Source: the human T2T-CHM13v2.0 reference genome, Homo sapiens. Taken from it: a stretch of 64,000 nt of DNA. The DNA lies in the NCBI RefSeq assembly GCF_009914755.1, contig NC_060930.1. One strand, written 5' to 3'. Below, piece after piece: positions 32,601-44,973 of the stretch. Numbering within the stretch: position 1 is the first letter of the stretch; each line of letters starts with the position of its first letter. The notes under the pieces are model-generated. The model was not told the origin of the DNA and made no database searches. It was given only the letters and a program-made list of their open reading frames with translations. A program made the position numbers and the translations under genes.

Positions 32601-34909
32601 ACTAGACAGAATGATTCTCAGAAACTATTTTGTGATGTGTGCATTCAACTCTCAGTGTTTAACTTTTCTTTTGATAGAGCAGTTTTGAAAAACAGTTTTT
32701 GTAGGATCTGCAAGTGAATATTTGCACTTCTTTGAGGCCTTATTTGGAAAATGGATTTCTTCTTATAAAACTAGAAAGAAGAATTGTCAGAAACTTCTTA
32801 GTGATGTGTGCATTCAACTCACAGAGTTGAACCTTCCTTTCCATAGAGCAGTTTTGAAATATTCTTTTTGTAGAATTTCCTAGTGGATATTTAGAGCGGT
32901 TCGAGGCCAATGGTAGAAAAGGAAATATCTTCATAGAAAAACTAGAGAGAATCATTCTCAAAAACTTCTTTGTGATATGTGCATTTAGCTGACAGAGTTT
33001 AACATTTCTTTAGATAGAGCAGATTATAAACACTCTTTTTGTGGAATTTGCAAGTGTGTATTTAGTGTGCTTTCAGGCCTATGGGAGAAAAAGAAATGTC
33101 TTCACATAAAAACAAGACAGAAGCATTGTCAGAAACGATTTTGTGATATTTGCATTCAACTCATAGAGGTGAACATTCCTCTTGATAGAGCAGTTTTGAA
33201 ACACTCTTTTTGAAGAATCTGCAAGTGGATATTTGGACTTCTTTGTGGCCTTCATTTGAAACGAGATTTCTTCATATAAAACTAGAAAGAAGAATTCTCA
33301 CAAACTTCTTTGTGATGTGTGCTTTCAACTCACAGAGTTGAAACTTCCTTTGGAGAGAGCAGTTTTGAGATTCTCTTTTTGTAGAATATCCAAGTGGATA
33401 TTTAGTGCCGACTGAGGCCCATGGTAGAAAAGTAAATATCTTCACAGAAAAACTAGACAGAATGATCCTCAGAAAGTACTTTGTGATGTGTGCTTTCAAC
33501 TCAGAGAGTTTAACTTTTTTTTTGATAGAGCAGTTTTGAAACACTCTTTTTGTAGAATTTCGAAGGGGATATTTAGCGCCATTTGAGGGCTGTGGTAGAA
33601 AAGGCGATATCTTCGTAGAAAACTAGACAGAATCATTGTTAGAAACAACTTTGTGATGTGTGCATTCAGCTTACAGAGTTTAACCTTTCTTTTGATAGAT
33701 CAGTTTTGAAACACTCTTTTTGTGGAATTTGCAAGTGTGTATTTAGAGCGCTTTGAGGCCTACGGTGGAAAAGGATACGCCTTTACCTAAAAACTAGACA
33801 GAAGCATTGTCAGAAACTATATTGAGATATTTGCATTCAACTCACAGAGTTGAACATTCCTCTTGATAGTGCAGTTTTGAAACACTCTTTTTGTAGAATC
33901 TCCAAGAGGTTATTTGGACCTCTTTGTGACCTTCGTTTGATACGTGATTTCTTCCTATAAAGCTAGACAGAAGAATTCTCAGAAACTTCTTTGTGATGTG
34001 TGCCTTCAACTCACAGAGTTGAACCTTCCTTTCGTTAGAGCACTTTTGAAACTCTCTTTTTGTAGTGTTTCCAATTGGATATTTAGCGTTGTTCGAGGCC
34101 TATGGTAGAAAAGGAAATAACTTCATAGAAAAAATAGACACAATCATTCTCGGAAACTAGTTTGTGATGTCTGCATTCAGCTTACAGAGATTAACTTTTC
34201 TTTTGATAGACCAGTTTTGAAAACACCTTTTTGTGGAATTTGCAAGTGCATATTTAGAGCACTTTGAGGAATAAGGTAGAAAAAGGAATATCTTCACATA
34301 AAAACAAGACAGAAGCATTGTCAGAAACTACTTTGTGATATTTGCATTCAATTCACATAGTTGAACATTCCTCTTAATAGAGCAGTTTTGAAACACTCTT
34401 TTTGTAGAATCCGCAAGTGGATATTTCGACCTGTTTGTGGCCTTCGTTTGATACGTGATTTCTTCCTATAAAGCTAGACAGAAGAATTCTCAAAAACTTC
34501 TTTGTGATGTGTGCTTTCAACTCACAGAGTTGAACCTTCCTTTCAATAGAGCAGTTTTGAATCTCCCTTTTTGTAGATTTTCCATGTGGATATTTAGCGC
34601 CGTTTGAGGTCTATGGTAGAAAAGGAAATATCTTCATAGAAAAATTAGACAGAATCATTCTCAAAAACTACTTTGTAATGTGTGCGTTCAACTCAAAGAG
34701 TTTAACCTTTCTTTTGATAGAGCAGTTTTGAAACACTCTTTTTGAAGTATCTGCAAGTGAATATTTGGACTTTTTTGAGGCCTTCATTGGAAATGGAATT
34801 TCTTCATATAAAACCTGACAGAAAAATTCTCAGGGACTTCCTTGTGATGTGTGAATTCAACTCACAATGTTGAACCTTCCTTTTGAAAGAGCAGTTTTGA
34901 AATGCTCTT

Positions 34910-34921
34910 TGATAGAATTTT
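34910..34921 (+). repeat. Alu target-site duplication, left copy (tgatagaatttt)
   Basis: An identical 12-mer lies at 35227-35238. The boundary with the poly-T tract is inherently ambiguous. Confidence 0.92.
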
Positions 34922-35226
<305 letters not shown>

Positions 35227-35238
35227 TGATAGAATTTT
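35227..35238 (+). repeat. Alu target-site duplication, right copy (tgatagaatttt)
   Basis: Immediately follows the Alu 5' end (ggcc) and matches 34910-34921. Confidence 0.92.
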
Positions 35239-38200
35239 GCAGTTGATATTGAGAGCGGTTCAAGCGTATGGTAGAAAAGGAAATATCTTCATAGAAAAAC
35301 TAGACAGAATCATTCTCAAAAACTACTTTGTGATCTGTGCATTAATCTTAGAGAGTTTAACCTTTCTTTTGATAGAGCAGTTTTTAAACATTCTTTTTGT
35401 GGTATTTGCAAGCGTATATTTGGAGCACTTTGAGCCCTATGGTAGAAAAGGAAATATCTTCACATAAAAACCAGACAGAAGCATTGTCAGAAACTATTTT
35501 GGGGTATTTGCATTCAAATCACAGAGTTCAACATTGCTCTTGATAGAACAGTTTTGAAACACTCTCTTTGTAGAATCTGCAAGTGCATATTTGCACCTCT
35601 TTGTGGCCTTCGTTTGAAACGTGATTTCTTCATATAAAACTAGACAGAAGAATTCTCAGAAACTTCTTTGTGATGTGTGCTTTCAACTCACAGAGTTGAA
35701 CGTTCCTTTCGATAGAGCAAATTGGAGACTCTCTTTTTGTGGATTTTCCAAGTAGATATTTAGAGCCGTTTGAGGCCTATAGTAGAAAAGGAAATATCTT
35801 CATTGAAAAACTAGAGAGAATGATTCTCAGAACCTACTTTGTGATGTGTGCATTCAACTCACAGAGTTTAAACTTTTTTTTGATAGAGCAGTTTTGAAAC
35901 ACTCTTTTTGTAGATTATGCAAGTGAATATTTGGACTTTTTTGAGGTCTTCGTCGGAAAAGGGATTTCTTCATATAATACTAGACAGAAGAATTCTCAGA
36001 AAGTTCTTCATGATGTGTGCATTCAACTCACAGTGTTGAAGCTTCTTTTCGATAGAGCAGTTTTGAAATAATCTTTTTGTAGAATTTCCAAGTGGATAGT
36101 TGGAACCGTTCGTGGCCTATGGTAGAAAAGGAAATATCTTCATAGAAAAACTAGGCAGAATCATTCTCAGAAACTACTTTGTGATGCGTGCATTCAGCTT
36201 ACACAGTTTAACCTTTCTTTTGATAGATAAGTTTGGAAACACTCTTTTTGTGGAATTTGCAAGTGTATATTTAGAACGCTTTGAGGCATACGTTAGAAAA
36301 GGAAATATCTTCACAAAAAACAAGACAGAAGCACTGTCAAAAACTACTTTGAGATATTTGCATTCAACTCACAGAGTTGAACACTCCTCTTGATAGAGCA
36401 GTTTTGAAATACTCTTCTTGTAGTTTCTCCAAGTGGATACTTGGACCTCTTTCTGGCTTTCGTTTGAAACGTGATTTCTTCATATAAAACTGGACAGAAG
36501 AATTCTCAGAAACTTCTTTGTGATGTGTGCTTTCAACTCAGAGTTGAACCTTCCTTTCAATAGAGCAGATTGGAGACTCTCTTTTTGTAGAATTTCCAAG
36601 GAGATATTTATCACCATTTGAGGCCTACGTTAGAAAAGGAAATATATTCATAGAAAAACTAGACAGAATGATTCTCAGAAAGTACTTTGTGATGTGTGCG
36701 TTCAACTCACAGAGTTTAAACTTTCTTTTGATAGAGCAGTTTTGAAACATTCTTTTTGTACAATCTGCAAGTAAATATTAGGACATTCTTAAGGCCTTTG
36801 TAGGAAAAGGGATTTCTTCATATAAAGTTTGACAGAATAACTCTCAGAAACTACTTTGTGATGTGTGCATTCAATTCACAGAGTTTAACCTTTGTTTTGA
36901 TAGAACAGTTTTCAAACACTCTTTTTGTAGAATCGGCAAGTGAATATTTGGACTTTTTTGAGGACTTCGTTGGAAAAGGGATTTCTTCATATAAAAGTTG
37001 GCAGAAGAACTCTCAAAAACTACTTTGTGATGTGTGCATTCCAATCACAGTGTTGAACCTTCATTTACATAGAGCCGTTTTGAAATACTCTATTTGTAGA
37101 ATTTCCAAGTGGATATTTAGAGCGGTTCGAAGCCTGTGGTAGAAAAGGAAATATCTTCATAGAAGAACTAGACAGAATCATTCTCAGAAACTACTTTTTG
37201 ATGCGTGCATTTAGCTTATTGTGTTTAACCTTTCTTTTGATAGAGCTGTTCTGAAACACTCTTTTTGTGGTATTTGCAAGTGTACATTTAGAGCACTTTG
37301 AGTCCTACGGTAGAAAAGGAAATGTCTTCACATAAAAACTAGACAGAAGCATTGTTAGAAACTACTTTGTGATATTTGCGTTCAACTCACAGAGTTGAAC
37401 ATTCCTCTTGATAGAGCAGTTTTGAAACATTCTTTATGTAGAATCTGCAAGTGGATATGTTGACCTCTTTTTGGCATTATTTTGAAAAGTGATTTCTTCA
37501 TATAAAAGTAGACGGGAGAATTCTCAGAAACTTCTATGTGATGTGTTCTCTCATTTCACAGAGTTGAACCTACCTTCCTTTCGATAAGAGCAGTTTTGAA
37601 ACTCTCTTTTTGTAGAATTTCCAAATGAATATTTAGCGCCATTTGAGGCCTAAGGTAGAAAAGGCAATATCATCATAGTAAAACTAGAGAGAATGATTCT
37701 CAGAAACGACTTTTTGAGGTGTGCGTTCAACTCACAGAGTTTAAACTTTCTTTTGATAGAGTAGTTTTGAAAAACCCTTTTTATAGAATCTGCAAGTGAA
37801 TATTTGGACTTTTTTGAGGCATTCTTTGGAAACGGGATTTCTTCATATAAAACTTGACAGAAGAATACTCAGAAACTTCTTTATGATGTGTGCATTCAAG
37901 TCACAGAGTTGAACTTTCCTTTCAATAGAGCAGCTTTGAAATACACTTTTTGTAGAATTTCCAAGTGGATATTTAGAGCGGTTCGAGGCCCATGGTAGAA
38001 AAGGAAATACCTTCATTAAAAAACTTGACAGAATCGTTCTCAGAAACTTCTTTGTAATGTGTGCATTCAGCTTACAGAGTTTAAACTTTCTTTTGATAGA
38101 GAAGTTTTGAAACACTCTTTTTGTGGGATTTGCAAGGGTATATTTAGAGCGCTTTGAGGCCTACGTTAGTAAAGGAAATATCTTCACTTGAAAACTAGAC

Positions 38201-41200
38201 AGAAGCATTGTCAGAAACTACTTTATGATATTTGCATTCTACTCACTAATTTGAACATTCTTTTTGGTAGAGCAGTTTTGAAACACTCTTTTTGTTGAAT
38301 CTGCATGTGGATATTTGGACCTCTCTGTGGCCTTCGTTTGAAATGTGATTTCTTCATATGAAACTAGACAGAAGAATTCTTAGAAACTTCTCTGTGATGT
38401 GTGATTTCAACACACAGGGTTGTACTTAACTTTTGATAGAGCAGTTTTGAAACTCACTTGTTGTAGAACTTCCAAATGGATATTTAGCGCCGTTTGAGAT
38501 CTAATGTAGAAACAAAAATATTTTCATAGAAAAACTAGGCAGAATGATTCTCAGAAACTACTTTGTGATGTCTGCGTTCAACTCACAGACTTTAACCTTT
38601 CTTTTGATAGAACAGTTTTGAAACACTCTTTTTGTAGAATCTGCAAGTGAATATTTGGACTTTTTTGAGGACTTGTTGGAAAAGAGATTTCTTCATATAA
38701 AACTTGACAGAAGAATTCTCAGATACTTCTTTGTGATGTGTGCATTCAAGTCACAGAGTTGAAACTTCCTTTCGATAGAACAGCTTTGATATACTCTTTT
38801 TGTAGAATTTCCAAGTGGATATTTAGAACGGTTCGAGGCCTATGGTAGAAAAGGAAATATCTTCATAGAAAAACTATACAGAATCATTCTCAGAAACTAC
38901 TTTGTGATGCGTGCATTCAGCTTACACAGTTTAACCTATATTTTGATATAGAAGTTTGGAAACACTCTTTTTGTGGAATTTGCAAGTGTATATTTAGAAC
39001 GCTTTCTGGCGTACGTTAGAAAAGGAAATATCTTCACATAAAAACAAGACGGAACCACTGTCAAAAACTACTTTAAGATATTTGCATTCAACTCACAGAG
39101 TTGAACACTCCTCTTGATAGGGCAGTTTTGAAACACTCTTCTTGTAGAATCTCCAAGTGGTTACTTGTACCTCTTTGTGGCTTTCGTTTGCAACGTGATT
39201 TCTTCATATAAAACTAGATAGAAGAATTCTCAGAAAGTTCTTTGTGATGAGTGCTTTCAACTCAGAGTTGAACCTTCCTTTCAATAGAGCAGATTGGAGA
39301 CTCTCTTTTTGTAGAATTTCCAAGTAGACATTTAGCGCCGTTTGAGGCCTACGGTAGAAAAGGAAATATCTGCATAGAAAAACTAGACAGAATGATTCTC
39401 AGAAACTACTTTGTTATATGTTCGTTCAACTCACAGAGTTTAACCTTTCTTTTGATACAGCAGTTTTGAAACACTCTTTTTGTAGAATCTGCAAGTAAAT
39501 ATTAGGACTTTTATAAGGCCTTTGTAGGAATCGGGATTTCTTCATATAAAAGTTGACAGAATAACTCTCAGAAACTACTTTGTGATTTGTGCATTCAATT
39601 CACAGAGTTTAACCTTTCTTTTGATAGAACAGTTTTCAAACACTCCTTTTGTAAAATCTGCAAGTGAATATTTGGACTTTTTTGAGGCCTTCATTGGAAA
39701 CGGGATTTCTTCATATAAAACTTGACAGAAGAATCCTCAGAAACTTTTTTATGATGTGTGCATTCAACTCACAGTGTTGAACCTCACTTTCCATAGAGCA
39801 GTTTTGAGATACTCTTTTTGTAGAATTTCCAAGTGGATATTTAGAACGTTTCGAGGCCAATGGTAGAGAAGGAAATATTTTCATAGAAAAACTAGACAGA
39901 ATCATTTTCAGAAACTACTTTGTGATATGTGCATTCAGCTTACAAAGTTTAACATTTCTTTTGATAGAGCAGTTTTGAAACATTCTTTTTGTGGAATTTA
40001 AAAATGTATATTTACTGCACTTTGAGGCCTGTGGTAGAAAAGGAAATATCTTCACATAAAAACTAGAGAGAAGCATTGTCAGAAACTACTTTGTGATTTT
40101 TGCATTCAACTCACAGAGTTGGACATTCCTCTTGATAGAGCAGTTTTGAAAAACTCCTTTTGTAGAATCTGCAAGTGGATATTTGGACCTATTTGTGGCC
40201 TTCGTTTCATACGTGATTTCTTTATAAAAAACTAGACGGAAGAATTCTAGAAACTTCTTTGTGATGTGTGATTTCAACTCACATAGGTGAGCCTTCCTTT
40301 CGACAGAGCAGTTTTCATACTCTCTTTTTGTAGTACTTCCAAATGGATATTTAGCGCCGTTTAAGGCCTATGGTATAAAAGGCAATATCTAATAAAAAAA
40401 ACTAGACAGAATGATTCTCAGAAACTAATTTGTGTTCTGTGGGTTCAACTCACAGAATTTTACCTTTCTTTTGATAGAGCAGTTTTGAAACACTCTTTTT
40501 GTAAAATCGGGAAGTAAATATTTGGACTTTTTTGAGGCCTTCCTTGGAAACGGCTTTTCTTCATTTAAAATTTGACAGAAGAATTCTCAGAAATTTCTAT
40601 GTGATGTGTCCATTCAACTCACAGAGTTGAAACTTCCTTTCAGTAGAGAAGTTTTGAAATACTTTTTTGTAGTATTTTCAAGAGAATATTTAGAGCGTTT
40701 CGAGGCCAATGGTGGAACTGGAAATATTTTCGTAGAAAAACTAGACAGAATCATTCTCAGAAACTACTTTGTGATGTGTGCATTCAACTTTCAGAGTTTA
40801 AACTTTCCTGTGATAGAGCAGTTTTGAAACACTCTTTTTGTGGAATTTGAAAGTGTATATTTAGAGTGCTTTGAGGCCTACGAGACAAAAGGAAATATCT
40901 TCATAAAAAATTAGAAAGAAGCATTGTCAAAAACTGCTTTGTGATATTTGCATTCAACTCACAGAGTTGAACATTCCTGTTGATAGAGCAGTTTTGAAAC
41001 ACTCATTTTGTAGAATCTGCAAGCAGATATTTGGACCTTTTTGTGGCCTTCATTTGAAGCATGATTTCTTCCTATAAAACTAAACAGAAGAATTCTCAGA
41101 AACTTCTTTGTGATGTGTGCTTTCAACTCACAGATTTGAACCTTCCTTTCGATAGAGCAGTTTTGAAGTTCTCTTTTTGTTGAATTTCCAAATGGATATT

Positions 41201-41760
41201 TAGCTCCGTTTGAGGCGTATGGTAGAAAAGACAATATCTTAATAGAAAAACTAGACAGAATCATTCTCAGAAACTACTTTGTGATGTTTGCATTCAGCTT
41301 ACAGAGTTTAACCTTTCTTTTGATAAAGCAGTTTTGAAGCACTCTCTTTGTGGAGTTTGCAAGTGTATATTTAGAGCGCTTTGAGGCCTTCAGTTTAAAA
41401 GGAATTATCTTCACGTAAAAACTAGACAGAAGCATTGTCAGTAAGTAATTTGTGATATTTGCATTTATCTCACATATTTGAACATTCCTCTTTATAGAAC
41501 AGTTTTGAAACAATCTTTTTGTAGAATCCGCTGGTGGATATTTGGACCTCTTTTGGGCCATCGTTTGAAACGTGATTTCTTCGTATAAAACTAGACAGAA
41601 GAATTCTCAGAAACTTCTCTGTGGTGTGTGCTATCAACTCACCGAGTTGAACCTTCCTTTTGATGGAGCAGTTTTGAACCTCTCTTTTTGTTGAATTTCC
41701 AAGAGTATAATATTGCCGTTTGAGCCCTATGGTAGAAAAGGAAATATCTTCATAGAAAAA
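35227..41760 (+). repeat. Alpha-satellite, pentameric HOR domain continued
   Basis: The same five monomer types continue, with markers cattgtc, ttcgtttgaaacgtga, agcgccg and gcggttcgagg, cattcagctt. Confidence 0.97.
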
Positions 41761-42919
41761 CTAGACAGAATGATTCTCAGAAACTACTTTGTGATATTTG
41801 CATTCAACTCACAGAGCTGAACATTCCTCTTGCTAGAGCAATTTTGAAAAACTCTTTTTGTAGAATCTTCAAGAAGATACTTGGACCTCTTTGAGGCCTT
41901 CGTTGGAAACGTGATTTCTTCATATAAAACTTGAAAGAAGAATTCTCAGAAAACTTTTTGTGATGTGTGGGTTCAACTCACAAAGTTGAACTTTCCTTTC
42001 CATAGAGCAGTTTTGAAATACTCTTTTGTAGAAATTCCTAGTGCATATGTAGAGCGCTTAGAGGCCTATGGTAGAAAAGGAAATATCTTCATAGAAAAAC
42101 TAGTCAGAATATTTCTCAGAAACTACTTTGTGATGTATGCGTTCACCTCGCAGAGTTTAACATTTCTTTTGATAGAGCGGTTTTTGAAACGCTCTTTTTG
42201 TAGAATTTGCAAATGTGCATTTAGAGGGTTTGAGGCGTATGGTGGAAAAGGAAATGTCTTCATTTAAAAACTAGACAGAAGCATCCTCAGAAACCACTTT
42301 GTGATGTTGGCATTCAACTCACAGAGTTCAACCTTCCCTTTGATAGAGCAGTTTTGAAACAGTCTTTTTCTTGAATCTGCAAGTGGATATTTGGACCTCT
42401 TTGAGGCCTTCTTTCGTTACGGGAATTTCTTCACATAAAAACTAGACAGAAGAATTCTCAGAAATATTTGTGATGTATGCATTCAACTCTCAGAGTTCAA
42501 CCTATCTTTTGATAGAGCAGTTTTGAAACACTTTTTTTGTAGAATTTCCAAGTGCATATTTAGAGCGCTTTTCAAACCCTACGATAGAAATGGAAATATT
42601 TTCATATAAAAACTACACAGAATCATTCTCAGAAGCTTCATTGTGATGTGTGTGTTCAACTCACAGAGTTTAACCTTTCTTTTCATAGGGCAGTTTTGAA
42701 ACACTTTTTTTGTAGTATTTGCAAGTGTATATTTAGAGCGCATTGAGGCCAACGGTAGGGAAGAAAATATCTTCATATAAAAACTTGATGGAAGCATTCT
42801 CAGAAACTACTTTGTGATGTTTGCCTTGAATTCACAGAGTTGAACGTTCCTCTAGATAGAGCTGTTTTGAAACACCCTCTTTGTAAGATCTGCAAATGGA
42901 TATTTGGACATTTTGAGGC

Positions 42920-42936
42920 CTTCGTTGGAAACGGGA
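42920..42936 (+). promoter_or_regulatory. CENP-B box, perfect
   Basis: cttcgttggaaacggga. Confidence 0.92.
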
Positions 42937-44956
42937 TTTATTCATATGAAGAAGACAGAAGAATTCTCAGAAACTACTTTGTGATGTGTGCGTTCAACTC
43001 ACAGAGATTAAACTTTCTGTTGATAAAGCAGCTTTCAAACACTCTTTTTGTGGAAATGGCAAGTGTATATTTAGAGCGCTATAAGACCTATGGTAAAAAA
43101 GGAAATATCTTCACCTAAATACAAGAAAGAACAATTTTCAGGAACTAATTTGTGACGTTTCCATTCAACTCACAGAGTTGAACATTCCTATTGATAGAAC
43201 AGTTTTGAAACACGCTTTTTGTAGAATCTGCAAGTGGTTATTTGGCCCTCTTTGAGGCCTTCGTTGTAAAAGGGAATTCTTCATATAAACTAGACAGAAG
43301 AATTCTCAGAAACTACTTTGTGATGTGTGCGTTCAACTCACAGAGTTTAACCTTTCTTTTGATAGAGCAGTTTTGAAACACTCTTTTTGTAGAATTTGAA
43401 AGTGTATATTTAGAGCGCTTTGAGTCCTATGGTAGAAAAGGAAATATATTCACATAAAAACTAGACAAAAGCATGCTCAGAATCTACTTTGTGATGTATG
43501 CATTCAACTCGCAGAGTTGAACATTACTCTTGATATTGTAGTTTTGAAACACTCTTTTTGTAGAATCTGCAAGTGGATATTTTACTTCTTTGAGGTTTTT
43601 GTTGGAAATGGGATTTCTTCATATAAAACTAGACAGAAGAATTCGCAGAAAGTTCTTTGTGAAGTGTGCTTTCATCTTACGGAGTTGAACCTACCTTTCG
43701 ATAGAGCAGTTACAAAACACTCTTTCTGTAGAATTTCCAAGTGGATAATTAGAGCGTTTTGAGGCCTATGGTAGAAAAAGGAATATCTTCATAGAAAAAC
43801 TAGAGAGAAGCATTCTCAGAAACTAATTTTTGATGTGTGCGTTCAACTCACCGAGTTTAACCTTTCTTTTGATAGAGCAGTTTTTAAACACTGTTTTTGT
43901 AGAATTTGCTGGTGTATATTTGGAGTGCTTTGAGGCTAATGGTAGAAAAGGAAATATCTTCACATAAAAACTAGACGGAAGCGTTCTCAGAAACTGCTAT
44001 GTGATGTTTGCATTCAACTCACAGAGTTGAACATTTCTCTTGATGGAACAGTTTAGAAACAGTCTTTTTGTAGAATCTGTAAGTGGATATTTTAACCCCT
44101 TGGGGGCCTTCCTTATAAACGGGATTTCTTCATATAAACCTAGAAAGAAGAATTCTCAGAAACTTCTTCCTGATATGTGCATTGAACTCACAGAGTTGAA
44201 CCTTCCTTTCGATAGAGCAGTTTTGAAACACTCTTTTTGTAGAATTTCCCAGTGTACACTTACAGCACTTGGAGGCCTATGGTAGAAGAGGAAATATCTT
44301 CATAGAAAAACTAGACAGAATGATACTCAGAAACTAATTTGTGATGTGTGCGTTAAGCTCGCAGAGTTTAACCTGTCCTTTGATAGAGCAGTTTTGAAAC
44401 ACTCCTTTTGCGGAATTTGCAAGTGTATATTTAGAGCGCTTGAGGCCTATGTTAGAAAAGGAAATACCTTCACAGAAAATGTAGACAGAAGCATTGTCAG
44501 AAAGTACTTTGTAATATTTTCATTCAACTCACAGAGTTGAACATTCATCTTGATAGAGCAGTTTTGAAACCCTCTTCTTGTAGAATCTGCAAGTGGATAT
44601 TTGGACCTTTTTGTGTCCTTCGTTTGAATCGTGATTTCTTCATATAAAGAAGACAGAAGAATTCTCAGAAACTTCTTTGTGATGTGTGCATTCAACTCAC
44701 AGGGTTGAACCTTCCTTTCAATAGAGCAGTTTTGAAACACTCTTTTTGTAGAATTTGCAAGTGTGTATTTAGAGAGCTTTGAGTCCATTGTTAAAAAAGC
44801 AAATATCTTCACATAAAAACTAGAAGGAAGGATTCTCAGAAACTATTTCATGATGTTTGCATTCAACTCACAGAGTTGAACATTCCTCTTGATAGAGCAG
44901 TTTTGAAACCCTGTTTTTGTAGAATCTGCAAGTGGATATTTGGTCCTCTTTGTGGC

Positions 44957-44973
44957 CTTCGTTGAAAACGGGA
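44957..44973 (+). promoter_or_regulatory. CENP-B box, core intact
   Basis: cttcgttgaaaacggga fits the core motif. Confidence 0.85.

Larger units (their letters stand above)
7121..34921 (+). repeat. Alpha-satellite array, divergent pentameric HOR with frequent monomer-number variants
   Basis: Continuous monomers. The marker cattgtc lies at 16331, 17179, 18028 and 18879 (spacings 848, 849, 851); elsewhere 3-, 4- and 7-mer variants occur (e.g. 8013 to 8524 = 511 bp). Confidence 0.99.

Noticed and set aside
40874-40887. 14-bp identity (aggcctacgagaca) between a satellite monomer and the L1 ORF1/ORF2 deletion junction (3570-3583)
   Set aside because: aggcctacg is satellite consensus, and the paralogous monomer at ~19680 already has acaaaagg, so stepwise point mutation explains it. 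Both halves of the L1 junction are fully accounted for by L1 sequence.
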